The translations under genes and the position numbers were made by a program. The notes beneath the pieces were generated by a model that did no database searches, had not been told where the DNA came from, and worked only from the letters and a program-made list of their open reading frames with translations. Below are positions 1 through 14,570 of a stretch of 64,000 bases of DNA, piece after piece (position 1 is the stretch's first letter; every line of letters begins with the position of its first letter). Source of the stretch: the human T2T-CHM13v2.0 reference genome, Homo sapiens; the NCBI RefSeq assembly GCF_009914755.1, contig NC_060925.1. One strand, given 5' to 3'.

Positions 1-3000
1 ATCAAAGGTCTAACATTTATCACACTGGAGTTATTGAAGGGGAGGAAAAAAAAGGAACAGTGCAGAAAAGTATTTGAATAAATAATGGCTGAAAATTCCC
101 CAAATTTGGTGAAAGACATAAATTTACAGATCCAAAGAATCTCAGCAACCACAAACCGGATAAATGTAAAGAAAACCACACCTAGATATATCATAGTGAA
201 ACTCCTAGAAATCAAAGATAAAGTTTTAAAATCTTGAAATTAACAGGGAAAAATTACATTACATATGGGGGAGGAAGAATTTCAATTACTGCAGCTTTCT
301 TATTGGAAACTATGGAGTCCAGAAGACAGCGGCATAACATTATTTTCAAGTACTGAAAGAAAGAATTGTCAGCCTAATCCTGTATCAAAAATATCCATCA
401 GAATGAAGGCAAAATAAGGACATTCTCAGATAAGGGAAATATGTCACCAGGAGATGTGCTTTCAAAGAAATGCCAAATAAAGGTTTACAAGGAGAAGGAA
501 AGCAATAATAGAAGGAAACTTGGAAGGTCACTAACAAGGAAAGAGCAATAGAAATTGTAAATATCCAGGTAAATAAAATTAGAGTATTATTTGCCTCTTA
601 AGTTTGTTATAATATGCATGATTGCTGAAATCAAAAATTATAATGCTATTTCAAAATAGGTTGATGTGATACATATAACAACTACATCAAAAATGGGGAA
701 GTATAAACTGTCCTAAGGTCTCTTCACTTTACCTAAAGTGGTAAAATATTAATTCTAAGTAGCTTGTGTAAAGTTTGATATGTATATTGTAAGCCCTAGG
801 ATAACCACTAGAAGAAAAACTACACTAAGAGATATACTAAAACAAACACTGTAGATAAATGAGAATGGAATTCTAAATGTTCAAGCCAATCAAAAGAAGG
901 CAAGAAATGAAAAACAAAGGTATGAAAAACAAAATGAATGGACAGAAAACTAATAAAATAGTAGCCTTAAATCCAACCACACAAATAAGTACATTAAATG
1001 TCTGTGGTCTGAACATACCAATTAAATAAGAGAGCGATTATCAGATAAGATTTGAAAAAGAAAAATTCAACTATGAGCTGTCTAAAAGAAATCCATTTCA
1101 CATAATGGTAAAAAAAAAACAAAAATAAAAAAAGGCTAAAAACAACAGAATGAAATAGCATATACTAGGAAAATGCTAATAAAAGAAATGCTGGAGTAGA
1201 TGTATTAATATTGGACAAATTCAGAATAAGGAAAATCACCACTGACAATGAGGGAATTTACATAATTATAAAAGACTCAATTCACTAAGAAGGTGTAACA
1301 ATTTTAAATATCCATGCACCTAACAATACAGCTGTAAAGCACATGAAGCAAAAGCTTAATAAAATGAAAAAGACATACAGAAAAACCCACAATTATAGTT
1401 GGTGACTTCAACATACCTCTATCAGTAATTAATAGAATAAGCAGACAGAAATGCAGCAAAAATATAGGAAGTTTGAATATTATCAACTAACTTGACCTAA
1501 TTGACATCTATAGACTACTCCATCCAACAAAATAGAATACACATTCATTTCAAATGCCTTTGGAATATTCAGTAAATTGGACCACATTCTTAAATTTTAA
1601 AGAATTAAACTTATCCAAACTATCTGCCATGGCCATAATAGAATTAAACTAGAAGACAATTAGAGAAATAAATCATTTCCTCCAGATACTTGGAAATGAA
1701 ATAATGCACAATTAAATAATCCAAGAAAAAGACTCAAGGGAAATTCAAAAATACTTTGAACTGAATGAAAAATAAAAATACAACATATCAAAATTTGTGG
1801 GATATAGTTAAAACAGTGCTTAAAGGGAAATTTACGGTATTAAATGTGTAGATCAGAAAATAAGAAAGGTCTCAAATTAATGCTTTAAGCTTCCATCATA
1901 AGAAACTAGAAATGAAGAGTAAATGAACTCAAAAAAAGGAAAGAAATAACAAAGAGAGAAAGATCAATTACATTGAGAAGAGAATAACAAAAGAGAAAAA
2001 TCAATGAAACCAAAAGCTGTTTCTTCAGAAATATTAAAACATACATAAAACTGGCTAGGTTGATTAAGAAAGACAGAAGGCACAAATTACAAACACCAGG
2101 AATGAAGCAGGGGATAACGCTTCAAAACCCACAGACATTAAAGAATAATGAAGGAATGCTACAAAAAGAAAACTCTATTCATATAATAAATTTGACAGCC
2201 TAGATGAAATGGACCAATTCTTTCAAAGACATTAACTATCAAAACTCACTCAAAATATAAATAGATAACTGAGGGGTCTTATATTTATTAAATAAATTAA
2301 ATCCATAGCTAAAATATTTCTAATAAAACAAACTCTAGAACCAGAGGGTTTCACATGTGAAGTCTACCAAATATTTAAGAAAAAATTAATACTAGTTCCA
2401 CACAATCTTTTCCAGAAAAAAGAATGTTTTCCAGCTCATTTTATGAAGACATCACTACCCTGACCCCTAAACCAAAGACAATACAAGAAAAGAAAGCTAC
2501 AGATCAATATCCCTCATTAATATAGATGTAAAAATTACTCAACAAAATTTTAACAAATCAAATTTTATCAATATATTTTAAAAAACACATCACAACTTAG
2601 TGGGGTTTATCCCAGAAATGAAAGGCTAATTTATATTTGAGAAATATTCAGTGTAAATCACCATATTACAGACTAAACAAAAAAAAGCCACATGATCATA
2701 TCAGCAGATAAAGAAAAAGCATGTGAGAAAATTCAACATTCATTCATGATATTTTAATTATTAAAAAAAAAAACCCTTAGCAAACTAAGAAGAGAATGGA
2801 TCTTCTTCAATCTGATAGGGAGCATATACAAAAAACCTAACACCATACCTAATGGTGAATGACCAAAAGCTTTCCTCGTATGACTGAGAAATAAGCAAGA
2901 ATACCCAGTCTCACCACTTCTATTCAATATTGTTCTGGAAGTCTTAACAGGCACAATAAGATAAGATAAAGAAATAAAAGACTTTTAAATTAGAAAACAA

Positions 3001-4840
3001 GAAATAAAACTATCCCTATTCAAGATAACATGTGTATCTACATGGAAAATCACAAGGAACAAGGGACCCCAACCCCCAGGGCCACTAACTGGTACCATCC
3101 ATGGCCTGTTAAGAACTGGGCTCTATAGCAGGAGGTGAGCATCTGCAAGGGAAAATTACTGCCTGAGCTCTGCCTCCTGTCAGATCTGCGGTGGCATTAG
3201 ATTCTCATAGGAGCAGGAACCCTATTGTGAACTGCGCACACCAGGGATCTGGGTTGCAAGCTCCTTATGAAAATCTAACTAATGCCTAATGATCTGAGAT
3301 AGAACAGTTTCATCCAGAAACCATCCCCCGACCCCCATCCATGAAAAAATTGTCTTCCAGGAAACCACTCCCTGGTACCAAAACAGTTGGGGACTGCTAC
3401 TGAGGAATCTACCAAATGCTCTTAAAGCAACAAGTACATTCACAAAATCACAGAATACAAGGTCAACATACAAAAATCAATCATTTTTCTATATACTAGC
3501 AATGAACAACTGAAAACTGAAATTTTTAAAAAGTACCATTTACAATCGCCCCCTAAAAAATAAAACATACACAGATCTATACGCTGAAAACTATGAAATA
3601 CTCAGAAAGAAGGCCTAAGTAAATAGAAAGGCACTCCATTTCCATAGATTAGAATATTCAACATAAATAAGATGTCAATTTTCCCCAAAGTAATCTAGAT
3701 TTAACACAATAGCAATTAAAATCCCAGAGAGATATTTTGCAGATATAGATAAGCCTGTTCTAAAATTTGTATGGAAAAGTAAAGGAACTACAACAGTTAA
3801 AACAATTTTGAAAAAGAATGAACCAAGCTGGATAACTCAACATTACCCAACAGTAAAATGTATGATAAAACTATATCAATCAAGACTGGTAAAAGATGAA
3901 AGGACAGACACATAGATCAATGCAACATTACAAAAAGTTCACAAATACATCCACATAATTATGGTTGGTTGATTTTTAATAAAGGTGCAAAGGAAATTCA
4001 ATGGAGAAAGGGTGATCTTTTCAACAAACGATACTTAGAACAACTGCATATCATATGCAAAAAATTGAACTTCAGCCTTAACCTAATACCACACACAAAT
4101 GTTAGCTCAAAATGTGTCAGAGACTTAAGTGTAAAATAGAAAAATATGAAACTCAGAAAAGAAATGTAGATAAACATCTTCATGACCTTGGGTTAATCAA
4201 AGAGTCTTTTGATAAGACACCAAGTGATCAATCCGTTATAAAAGAATAATTAATAAATTGGACTTCATCAAAATGAAAATATATTGTTCTATGAAGAAAA
4301 TCATAAAGAGAATGAGAAGACAAATCATAGATTGGAGAAAAAATATTTGTAAATCTCATACCTGATAAAGGATTTGTTTCCAGAATACACTTTAAAAACT
4401 CACAAAACTCAGCAATAAGAAAACAATCAACTTCATTTTTAAAATGGGAAAAAGATATGAAGAAAAAAATGAATGTCTAATAAACACATGAAAAGAAATA
4501 TGATATCATTAGGCATTATGGAAACACAATTAAAAACCACAATGATATACCATTATGCACTTACTAGAACGGCTAAAAAAAAAACAAAAAACAATACCAA
4601 GTGCTGACAAGGACACAGAGCAACTGGCACTCTCATACATTCCTGATAGGAATGCAGTATGGTACAGCCACTTTGGAAAACAGCCTGGCAGTTTCTTATC
4701 AAATTAAACCTACGCTTACCATATGATCCAACAATCCCACATCCATCTGTTTTACTCAGCTATTTTTAGGGTATTCATCCTAGAGAAATGAAAACTTATG
4801 TTCACACAAAAACCTGTACATGGATGTTTAGAGCAGTATG
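1..4840 (+). mobile_element. Old degenerate LINE-1 (L1M, L1MB/MC-like): ORF1 end, ORF2 and start of 3' UTR
   Basis: A-rich plus strand with typical L1 ORF2 sequence (e.g. gatgaaatggaccaattc, ccacttctattcaatattgttctggaagtc, ggtacagccactttggaaaacag); many stops and frameshifts. Confidence 0.9.
3060..3399 (+). mobile_element. MER1B-like hAT-Charlie MITE inserted in the L1
   Basis: caagggaccccaacccc...gttggggactgct termini, internal gcattagattctcataggagc, ~340 bp. Confidence 0.85.
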
Positions 4841-4849
4841 TTTGCCACA

Positions 4850-5181
4850 AGTAGAAACCTGCCAAAGAAAGCTGTCCTGCCTAGGGCTCTCTCTCCTCCA
4901 TGGGGAAGGTCTGCATCCAGTGACTAACCAATGTGGGGGTATAGCCTTGGCCTCCTTGCTTTAAGACAGACAATTTTTCACAGGCATCCCAGTTTCAGGA
5001 CTCTAGGTAAGATCAGTTGAAATGTCTATTGTGACTGAATCATAGTTCAACTTTTCCTTTAACCCTATTATTCTTCCCTCACCATTCACAGGTATGTCTC
5101 CCAAAACACCCACCAAAAAAACTTCCACACACAAATCTCAGAGTCTCAGAGACTGTTTCATGAGAAACCCAATTTGTGACA
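4850..5181 (+). mobile_element. ERVL LTR fragment (LTR16-like)
   Basis: 3' end aaatctcagagtctcagagactgtttcatgagaaacccaatttgtgaca resembles the LTR16 terminus. Confidence 0.6.
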
Positions 5182-5541
5182 TGGTAAAATTAAGTTTACC
5201 TCAAGTAAGGGAAAGATGAGAATACGATTTGGGACAAGAATAAGAAAAAGTTAAGCTAATATTGGTGTTATTTTTATAACTGTTTTAAATGTATGCATGT
5301 CTTCAGCAGACACTCTGATATATGTTATAGTAATTCAAGCCATACATCTCTGACAGTTATGTAGTAATTCCAAAAAATTCATAAAATATGTAGGTAATAA
5401 TCTGGCCTAGAGGAAAGGCGGGAAACTTTAAATATTGAAACACCAGGTGAAACAGTCTATTGTACTCAGCTATTTTTTTCTCTGAAAGTCACTTGTAAAA
5501 AATATATATATATATATAAATATATATATATTTAAAGTTTA

Positions 5542-5884
<343 letters not shown>

Positions 5885-7636
5885 CTATAGATATATATAT
5901 GGTTTAGGAAAAAAACTTTAGTTCTGGAACAAAAACAAACAGTAAAAAAAGAATATTTTCACAAGACCAAAAGGATAAAGATTTTTCTAACATAAGACTT
6001 TCTTTTCATTGGGGCTTTTACAGCAATTTGAAAGAATAGTATCAAAAAGAAGTGTACATTGTATTTCCCATATATTATCTCATGTTATTAATTAAATGTT
6101 TTTGGTTATGAATCCCCATGTTGCATGGCCACAACATAAAAATGAGCCTTAATTTTACTCTTTTGGCTACTTTAAATATCACAACTTCAGACCATCTAAA
6201 TTAGGACGGCAAGCCAAGAAACTGGTGAAAAAAAACTGCTATATCACAACCTTACAGAATTTGAAGAAGCTGTTAGCCATGGGAATGATCAAGGGACAAA
6301 TTCACCCCCTGCCTCTGTGCCTGACTCACAGATTCTAAACTAGCTGAGGACACTTGAAAAAGTCTGCTTGGTGAGAAAGTTCTTTTTCTCCTTCTTATGT
6401 GTGCACGTGCACACATACAGACACACTCACGTTGCTTCAAGTTCACAAGCCTGCAGCAGAATGGGCCTGGAGAAAGGAGATGATCTCTAAAAGGCTATAT
6501 ATAAAAGTTGTCAAAAAAAAAAAAAAAAGAAAGAAACTGCCCACAGGGACTAAACTTCCAGGAGTGCAGATACAGTGAGGGACAGATTAGCTAAAATTCT
6601 GTGTTTGCAGAATAGATTAAACATCAAAAAGAAAAGCAGAGACCCCAGAAAAATTCTCTTTACAGTAAGACTTTTTGTTTAGTTCTTATTTTTAATGCTT
6701 TCCCACAGAGAATAGAATATGAAACCAAGAAGCCCAATCTTAACTGAGAGAGAGAACATTAAAGGGCATAAGAAAGAGAATTGAAGATTTATTCAATGGA
6801 CAAAAGATTGAAGAGCTTTGGTGGGTTTTGTGTTTTGTTTTGTTTTGCTTTCTAGAGGATGACTTAAACTACAGCAGCCTGAGGGAAAGAGTAAAAAGTC
6901 TTGGATAAAGGCTAAGACTGCTAAGAAATCTTGGGCCAGAAAAGAGGAATTGCTCTGCAGTGGCAGCCAGAGGCAGTTTCAAGGACTGCCATCTGCTTCC
7001 TAGGATTGGAGCTACTTCAGCAATTGTTTCTAAGCCTATGTTCAAAAACCAAGGCAATGTCACCAATGAGATTTGGATTATCCCAGGAAACCAGAACATT
7101 TGGGTCTGCCAGCACTGGTAAATTACTACCATGTAAATAAAGCATACTCTGTCCAGATCTGCTTGTCTTGCTAAGGAAACAAAAGCCACATCTCTTGCTT
7201 TCAAGGAGTTTGCTACCCTATAGAGGAGGAAAAAAAAATCTATATGTGTTAACATATGATTTTCAAAAGGCATAAATGTATGTCTACAATTAACTGTTGT
7301 TGTATAAGATGTAAAAGCTAAGTACTTGAGGGAGATAAGAGAAAGCAAGGATGGAACAGAGTTATTCCAATCAGACTATGACCAGAATCAGGTTTAAGAA
7401 CAATGGGTAAATATTTCCCAGGAGACATAAGTTGTACACATTTGTCTTGAAAGTGGTAGGTGTCATGGTTCTATGGAAAAGAATAAGAGGAAGATATAAC
7501 ACAAAAAATTGTCACTTAGCCAGACATGATGGCAAACACCTGTAGTCTCAGCTATTCAGAGACAGGTGGAAGGATACTGTGGTTCTATGGAAAAGAATAG
7601 GAGGAAGATATAACACACACACAAAAAATTGTCACT

Positions 7637-7789
7637 TAGCCAGGCATGGTGTTGCACATCTGTAGTCTCAGCTACTCAGAGACTGAAGTGGGAGGCTCAC
7701 TTGAGCCCAGGAGGCAGAGGTTGTAGTGAGCCGAGATAGTGCCACTGTACTGCAGCCTGGATGACAGAGCAAGACCCTGTCTCAAAAAT
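7637..7789 (+). mobile_element. Alu right monomer (AluJ/FRAM-like)
   Basis: tagccaggcatggt...gaccctgtctcaaaaa. Confidence 0.85.
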
Positions 7790-8014
7790 ATGTATATATA
7801 TTGCTACCTTCTAGAGTTCCAAGGTAGAAATAAGGAGAGTGTGCTTGAAATTTGCATTGCTAACACATTTCCTAAGATGTATCAAAGAAAAAAAAAGTGC
7901 AGTTAAAATGGGAGTCAGTGAGAGGTTTAGCAGTTTTCATTTGATAAATGAATTAAAGAATTAATTGAAAAGGGGCAGCGTTAGGTGGAATTCAGGTGAA
8001 TGAGTTAAAACTAT

Positions 8015-8450
8015 CAAGAACCATGAAGAGTCTGAGATTTTACCTTACTTGCAAGCTGACGAGTTAGCCTGCAAAAGTCATGAGATCCTATAGCAGAGAT
8101 AAAGGGTTTAATTACTCAGGACCCAGCAGGCCACATGAACATCATTTTTGCTTTAGCTACACTTCCCACCCAAGTGCCATGGGGGTGATGCAGAAGGGGC
8201 CCCGTGTATACTGCACATGCAGTAGGTTTGCATCACAGCTGAGAAATGCTGAACTTACAAAACCTGAATCTTTTATAATGGGCAGTAAGCAAACCTGTCT
8301 GACCTTGCTCCAGAGGAAGACATTATTTTATTATACTGGACAGTAAGCAAACCTGCATCCTTGAAAAGATGATCCAGAACAAAAAGACAGTTGTTTCTGC
8401 TCACCAGACAGAAAAAAATGCAAGAGACCTATGGAGAATTTTCTCCAAAC
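8015..8450 (-). mobile_element. ERV-type solo LTR, family uncertain
   Basis: tctgagattttaccttacttgcaagctgacgagttagcctgc resembles a common LTR end in reverse orientation. Confidence 0.5.
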
Positions 8451-8597
8451 AAGTGGAGGATAGAAAGGCCTACAGAATGAGTGCATGTGAAAACAATAAT
8501 TAAGAGATAAAGGAATATCACAGGGCAGTAAATGAAGTAAATGAGGGGAAAATAGTATAGCGTAAATAGGTGAGAAAACATCAAGCAAAACTGCTCT

Positions 8598-9154
8598 GAA
8601 TTAGTTATTTGTTGCTGCATAATAAAATTACCCCCAAAGCTTAGTGGTTTAAGACAATAAAAATTTATTTTCTCACATAGTTTCATGGGTCAGGAATCTG
8701 AGAGCAGCTTACCTGGGTAGTTCTGGTTCAGGTTCTCTCATGAGGTTACAGTCTAGATGTTGGCTGGGATTACAGTTACCTGAAGGCTTGACTGGGACTA
8801 GCAGATTCACTTTTAAGCTGATCATTCATTCACAGGCTTGGCAAGGTGGTGCTGGGTGTTGTCAGGAAGCTTCAGTTGTTGACCACGTAGACCTCTGAAT
8901 AGGGCTGTGTGAGAGTCCGCACGACATGCAAGCTGGCTTCCCACAGAGAAAACGATCCAACAAGAGAGATCAAAGAAGAAGTCACAATGCCTTTTATGAT
9001 CTAGTCTCAGAAAACTTCTTCTCACTCCTGCCATATTTTATTCATTAGAAGCAAGTCACTAAGTTGAGCTCACACTCAAAAGAAGGGAAATTAAGCTTCA
9101 CATATTGAAGGATGGAATATCGAAGACTTTGTGGATATATTTTAAAACCACTAC
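8598..9154 (-). mobile_element. MaLR LTR (MLT1 family)
   Basis: ttagttatttgttgctgcataat...cttagtggtttaagacaat...ggtcaggaatctg...tttaaaaccactaca. Confidence 0.8.
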
Positions 9155-9628
9155 ACAGTCCAAGTTGAAGCATCTGGCATGATGATGGAGAATATTGTTG
9201 ATGAGCAAAAAGTGCTATCACTATTAGTGAGACTGTAGTTAAAACAAGAGACAGGTGCTAGAGTAGAGTGAGAAGAGATGACATAATATACCCAAGTTGC
9301 AAAATTTCTGTGTAGGCATACCTCAAACCTAGGGGTTTGGTTCCAGACCACTGCAATAAAGAGAATATCACAATAAAGCAAGTCACACAAATATTTTGGT
9401 TTCCTGGTGCATATGAAAGTTACGTTTATATACTGTAGTCTATTCAGTGTGTAATAGCATTGTGTCTAAAAAACAATGTATATACATTAATTTTAAAATA
9501 TTTTATTGCTAAAAATGCTAATGATCATCTAAGCTGTCAGCGAGTCATAATCTTCTTGCTGAGGATCTTGACTCAATGTTGATGGCTGCTGACTGATCAG
9601 GTGGGTAGCTGTTGAAAATATATATATG

Positions 9629-9912
9629 TTGAGATAGGGTCTCACTTTGTCACCCAGGCTTGAGTGTAGTGTTATGATCTGGGTTTATTGAAGGCTTCGC
9701 CTCCCAGGCTTAAGCCATCTTCCTACCTCAGCCTCCCAAGTAGCTGGGACTGCAGGCACGCACCACCATGCCTGGCTAATTTTTATATTTTTTTTGTAGA
9801 GATGGGATTTCACCTTGTTGTCCAGGCTGGTCTCTAGCTCCTGAGTTCAAGCAATCCACCCATCTCAGCCTCCCAAAGTGCTAGGATTACAGGCATGAGC
9901 CACTACGCCAGC
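9629..9912 (-). mobile_element. AluJ-like element in Tigger1
   Basis: Diverged reverse Alu. Confidence 0.88.
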
Positions 9913-10057
9913 TGGCTGTAAGAATATTTTAAAATAAGACAACAGTGAAGTTTGTTGCATCAATTGACTTTTCCTGTTATGAAAAATCTCCCTGTAGCAT
10001 GTGATGCTGTTTGACAGCACTCTATTTATCGCAGAACTTCTTTTAAAACTGGAATCC

Positions 10058-10571
<514 letters not shown>

Positions 10572-10584
10572 TCATAAGTCAGGA

Positions 10585-10800
10585 GTAAAATATATTTTTC
10601 TGTTTATATTATAGAAAATATATTTTTATATATAATATTTATATATTTTCTATAATATATATTATAGAAAATATATTTTTATATATATTTATATATTTTC
10701 TATAATATATAAAATATATTTTATATAATAGAAATATAATATATATTTTGTATATTATATATACTTTCTATATATAATATATATTAGAGAGAGAGAGAAA
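10585..10800. repeat. AT-rich low-complexity (TA)n region
   Basis: Nearly pure A/T with repeated atatatttt/tatagaaaata units. Confidence 0.9.
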
Positions 10801-10921
10801 ATGGTGAATTCTTCCCAGAAGATTTTCAATTTATTTTGCCCAGATCCGTCAGAGGAATCCTGACTTATGACAGCTAAAGCCTTATCAGATATATTTCTTA
10901 AATAAAAAGACTTAAAAGTAG

Positions 10922-11200
10922 GGCTGGGCGTGGTGGCTCACCCCTGTAATCCCAGCACTTTGGGAAGTCGACGCAGGTGGATCACAAGGTCAGGAGTTTG
11001 AGACCAGTCTGGCCAACATAGTGAAACCCCATCTGTACTAAAAATACAAAAATTACCCGGGCGTGGTTGCGTGTGCCTGTAATCTCAGCTACTCAGAAGG
11101 TTGAACCCGGGAGGTGGAGGTTGCAGTGAGCCGAGATCGTGCCATTGTACTCCAGCCTGGGTGACAGAGCGAGACTCTGTCTCAAAAAAAAACAAAAACA
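10922..11200 (+). mobile_element. AluS (Sg-like) with small internal deletion
   Basis: gatcacaaggtcaggagtttgagacc; lacks ctgaggcaggagaatcgc; TSD-like aaagacttaaa on both sides. Confidence 0.88.
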
Positions 11201-13089
11201 AAAGACTTAAAGGTCAAAATTACTGTTTGATTCATGGGCTGCAGAATGGATATTGTGTTGGCAGGCATGAAAACAACATTCATTTCCTTAGACATCTCCA
11301 TCAGAGCTCTTGGGTGACTATGTGCATTGTCCATGAGCAGGAATATTTTGAAAGGAATCTTTTTTTGAGAAGTAAGTCTCAACGGTGGGCTTAAAATATT
11401 CAGTAAACCATGATGTAAACAGATGTGCTGTTATACAGGCTTTGTTGTTCCACTCATACAGCACAGGCAGAGTAGATTTAGCATAATTCTTAAAGGCCCT
11501 GGGATTTTTGAAATGGTAAGTGAGCATTGGCTTCAACTTAAAGTCACCAGCTACCTTAGCCCCTAACAAGAAAGTCAGCCTGTCCTTTGAAGTTTTGAAG
11601 CCAGGCATTGACTTCTCCTCTCTAGTTATGAAAGTTCTAGATGGCATCTTCTAATACAATGTTGTTTTGTCTACGTTGAAAATCTGATGTTTAGTGTATC
11701 CACCTTCATCCATCATCTTCTGGATAACTTGCTGCAGCTTCTACAGCAGCACTCGGTGCTTCACCTTGCAGTTTTACGTTATAAAGGCAACTTCTTTCCT
11801 TAAACCTCATGAACAAACATCTGCTAGCTTCTAACTTTTGTTCTACAGCTTTCTTACCTCTCTCAGCCTTCATAGAACTTTCACAGAGAATTAGGGTCTT
11901 GCTCCAGATTAGGCTCTGGCTTAGGGGAATGTTGTGGTTGGTCTGATCTTCTATTCAGACCAGTAAAACCTATTCAGACCACTAAAACTTTCCTCATATT
12001 AGTGATAAGGCTGTTTTTGCTTTCTTATCATTCTGTGTTCACTGGACTAGCACTTTTCATTTTCTTCAAGAACTCTTCCTTTGCATTCACAACTTGGCTA
12101 ACTGTTTGGTGCAAGAGGCCTAGCTTTCAGCCTATCTCAGCTTTCAATATGACTTCCGCATTGAGATTAATCATTGCTAGCCTTTCATTTAAAGTGAGAG
12201 ACTTGCAATGCTTCCTTTCACTGGAACACTTAGAGGTCTTTGTAGGATTGTTAACTGGCCTAATTTCAATATTATTGTGTCTCAGGGAATAGGGCGGCCC
12301 AAGAAAAGAAACAGAGATGGGGGAGCAGCCAGTCAGTATAGCAGTCAGAACACACACATTTATTGGTTAAGTTCACCATCATATACAGGTGCTGTTTATG
12401 GCGACATAAAACAATTACAACAGTAACATCAAAGATCACTAACCACAGATCACAATAAAAGATATAATAATAATGAAAAAGTCTGAAATATTATGATAAT
12501 TACTAAAATGGGACACAGAGACACAAAGTGAGCACATGCTGTTGGAAAAATGGTGCTGATACACTTTCTGGTGCAAGACTTCCTGGTGCAGAATTGCCAC
12601 AAAACTTCAATTTCTTTAAAAAAAAAAAAATGTAGTATCTGTGAAGCACAATAAAGGGAAGGACAATAAAATGAAGTGTACTAGTATTTGGTTTCCTGTT
12701 AAAATTTATATTTTTGCCCTTTCTTGATCCTTATCCTATCACCATTATCTAGTTCTTTGTACATAATTGCAGAAATTTTATGGCTTTATTTTGATTAGAC
12801 TATAATGCAAGATGATGTTCCCATAGCAATTTTTTGAAAAGCAAGCACACCTGTCCAGACAGAGGGAAAAATTGATCCAGATGCTGAGGAGAAAATTGTG
12901 TTGATCCCTAACAGATATCTATTATACTGAGGTTACAATCAGTTCCTGGGTTTGTGGTCAAGGTGAAAAGCCAAAAACCTCTAATCTACGGCAGGATTCA
13001 ATTTTCTGTATGAATTCATTCCTTCTAGGTTTATTGTTTAATAGTGTCATGATGATTATATCTGTATTCATGCAGGTTTCTTAGGCAGA

Positions 13090-13880
13090 ATATAAAGTGG
13101 ACTGAGCTCAAAGTCACAAGGTGGGATTCTATTACAGTATCTCAGGCAAGAAATAATAAAGGCCTGAATATAGGCAGTAGTATGGAGAAGAGAAAAGTAG
13201 GGAAAGTTTCTAGAGAGATTTCTGAGGTATGATACCGAGAATTTGGTGACTAATTAGAGGTGGGAGATGAGAGAGGGGGAAGTGTGGAAAGAAACTCGGA
13301 GGTGCTGGTTTGGGAGATTTGATAGATAGATAGGGGGCCCAGCTGGTCCCAGGTTGCCCAGGACTTTCTCAGGTTCAGCACTGAAAGTCTTGTGTTATGG
13401 GAAACCCCTCAATCCCAGGCAAGTTGCCCATTTGGACACCCTATGATAGAAATAACATTAATTTATATAGGGAATACAGGAGAAGGAACGTTTTTGCTGT
13501 GGAAAACAAATTCTGTTATGGGCAAGTTGAATTTAAGAAAACTACAGAAGATGTAAGTAACAAGTTGGAAATGCATTTTCAGAGCCCAGTGGAGAGGCTG
13601 GGGCTGGATATGGAGAATTGTCAGTCATTATATGAGAAACAATGCCATGCAAGATGAGAATCTCCTAGGAATGATTTATAGAGTGGGAAGAAAAGGGGGG
13701 CTGAGAATAGAATTCAGTTTAAAAAAAAAAAGCAGGGGGAGGGTACTTTCTCATGGAAAAAGAAACCCATCAAGGGAGACAGAGAAGAGGTTCAGAAGTG
13801 GGAGAAATTAGAAACAGTGATTATCCCAGAAGCCAAAGAGAGGGGGAATTTTCAGAAGGCAGGTGGTGAGGACAAAAGTG
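13090..13880 (+). mobile_element. L2 fragments
   Basis: Purine-rich L2-like text (gaatttggtgactaattagag, ggagaggctggggctggatatggagaattg, cccagaagccaaagag). Confidence 0.65.
13331..13443 (+). mobile_element. MER81-like hAT MITE inside the L2
   Basis: taggg...gtcccaggttgcccaggact...agcactgaaagtc...gggaaacccctc...gacacccta. Confidence 0.65.
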
Positions 13881-14125
13881 TCAAAAACCGCTGGACCTGG
13901 AATTAGGCTTATTTCCTGTAGTGATGGAAAAGGGGTGGTATTAGGACTAAGTGCTACAAGAGTAAGGAGAGCATGGGGCCCAGCCCCAGCTAACTTAAAG
14001 AGGATCCCATCTAGCAGATACATGCTTACCTGACCCTCTGAGAGCCGAGGGAGAAAGAAAATGAATCATCACTTCCAGCTTACTCTCTAGTCTCAGGCAC
14101 TGAGACATTATTCAACCTTTCCTGA

Positions 14126-14365
<240 letters not shown>

Positions 14366-14474
14366 TGAAACCATATATAAATATATGAAATATATATTTC
14401 ACATATATATTTCATATACATGTGAAATATAAAAAATAAAGCTAGTAGCTTTATTTTTTTTAAAACTGGCATAT

Positions 14475-14570
14475 GTTGAACACCTAGTCTGTGCCAGGCA
14501 CCTTGTATGCTTTATCTCATTTAATCCTCATAGCAACCCAATGAGGAACTTTTATAAATATTCCTCATTT
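14475..14570 (-). mobile_element. MIR fragment
   Basis: tgtgccaggcac...ttatctcatttaatcctcatagcaaccca. Confidence 0.65.

Noticed and set aside
6869-7348. 159-aa ORF on minus strand
   Set aside because: TTG start, no recognisable domain, no supporting exon structure.
11182-12357. Transposase-like ORFs as a functional gene
   Set aside because: Frameshifted Tigger1 fragments interrupted by Alus.
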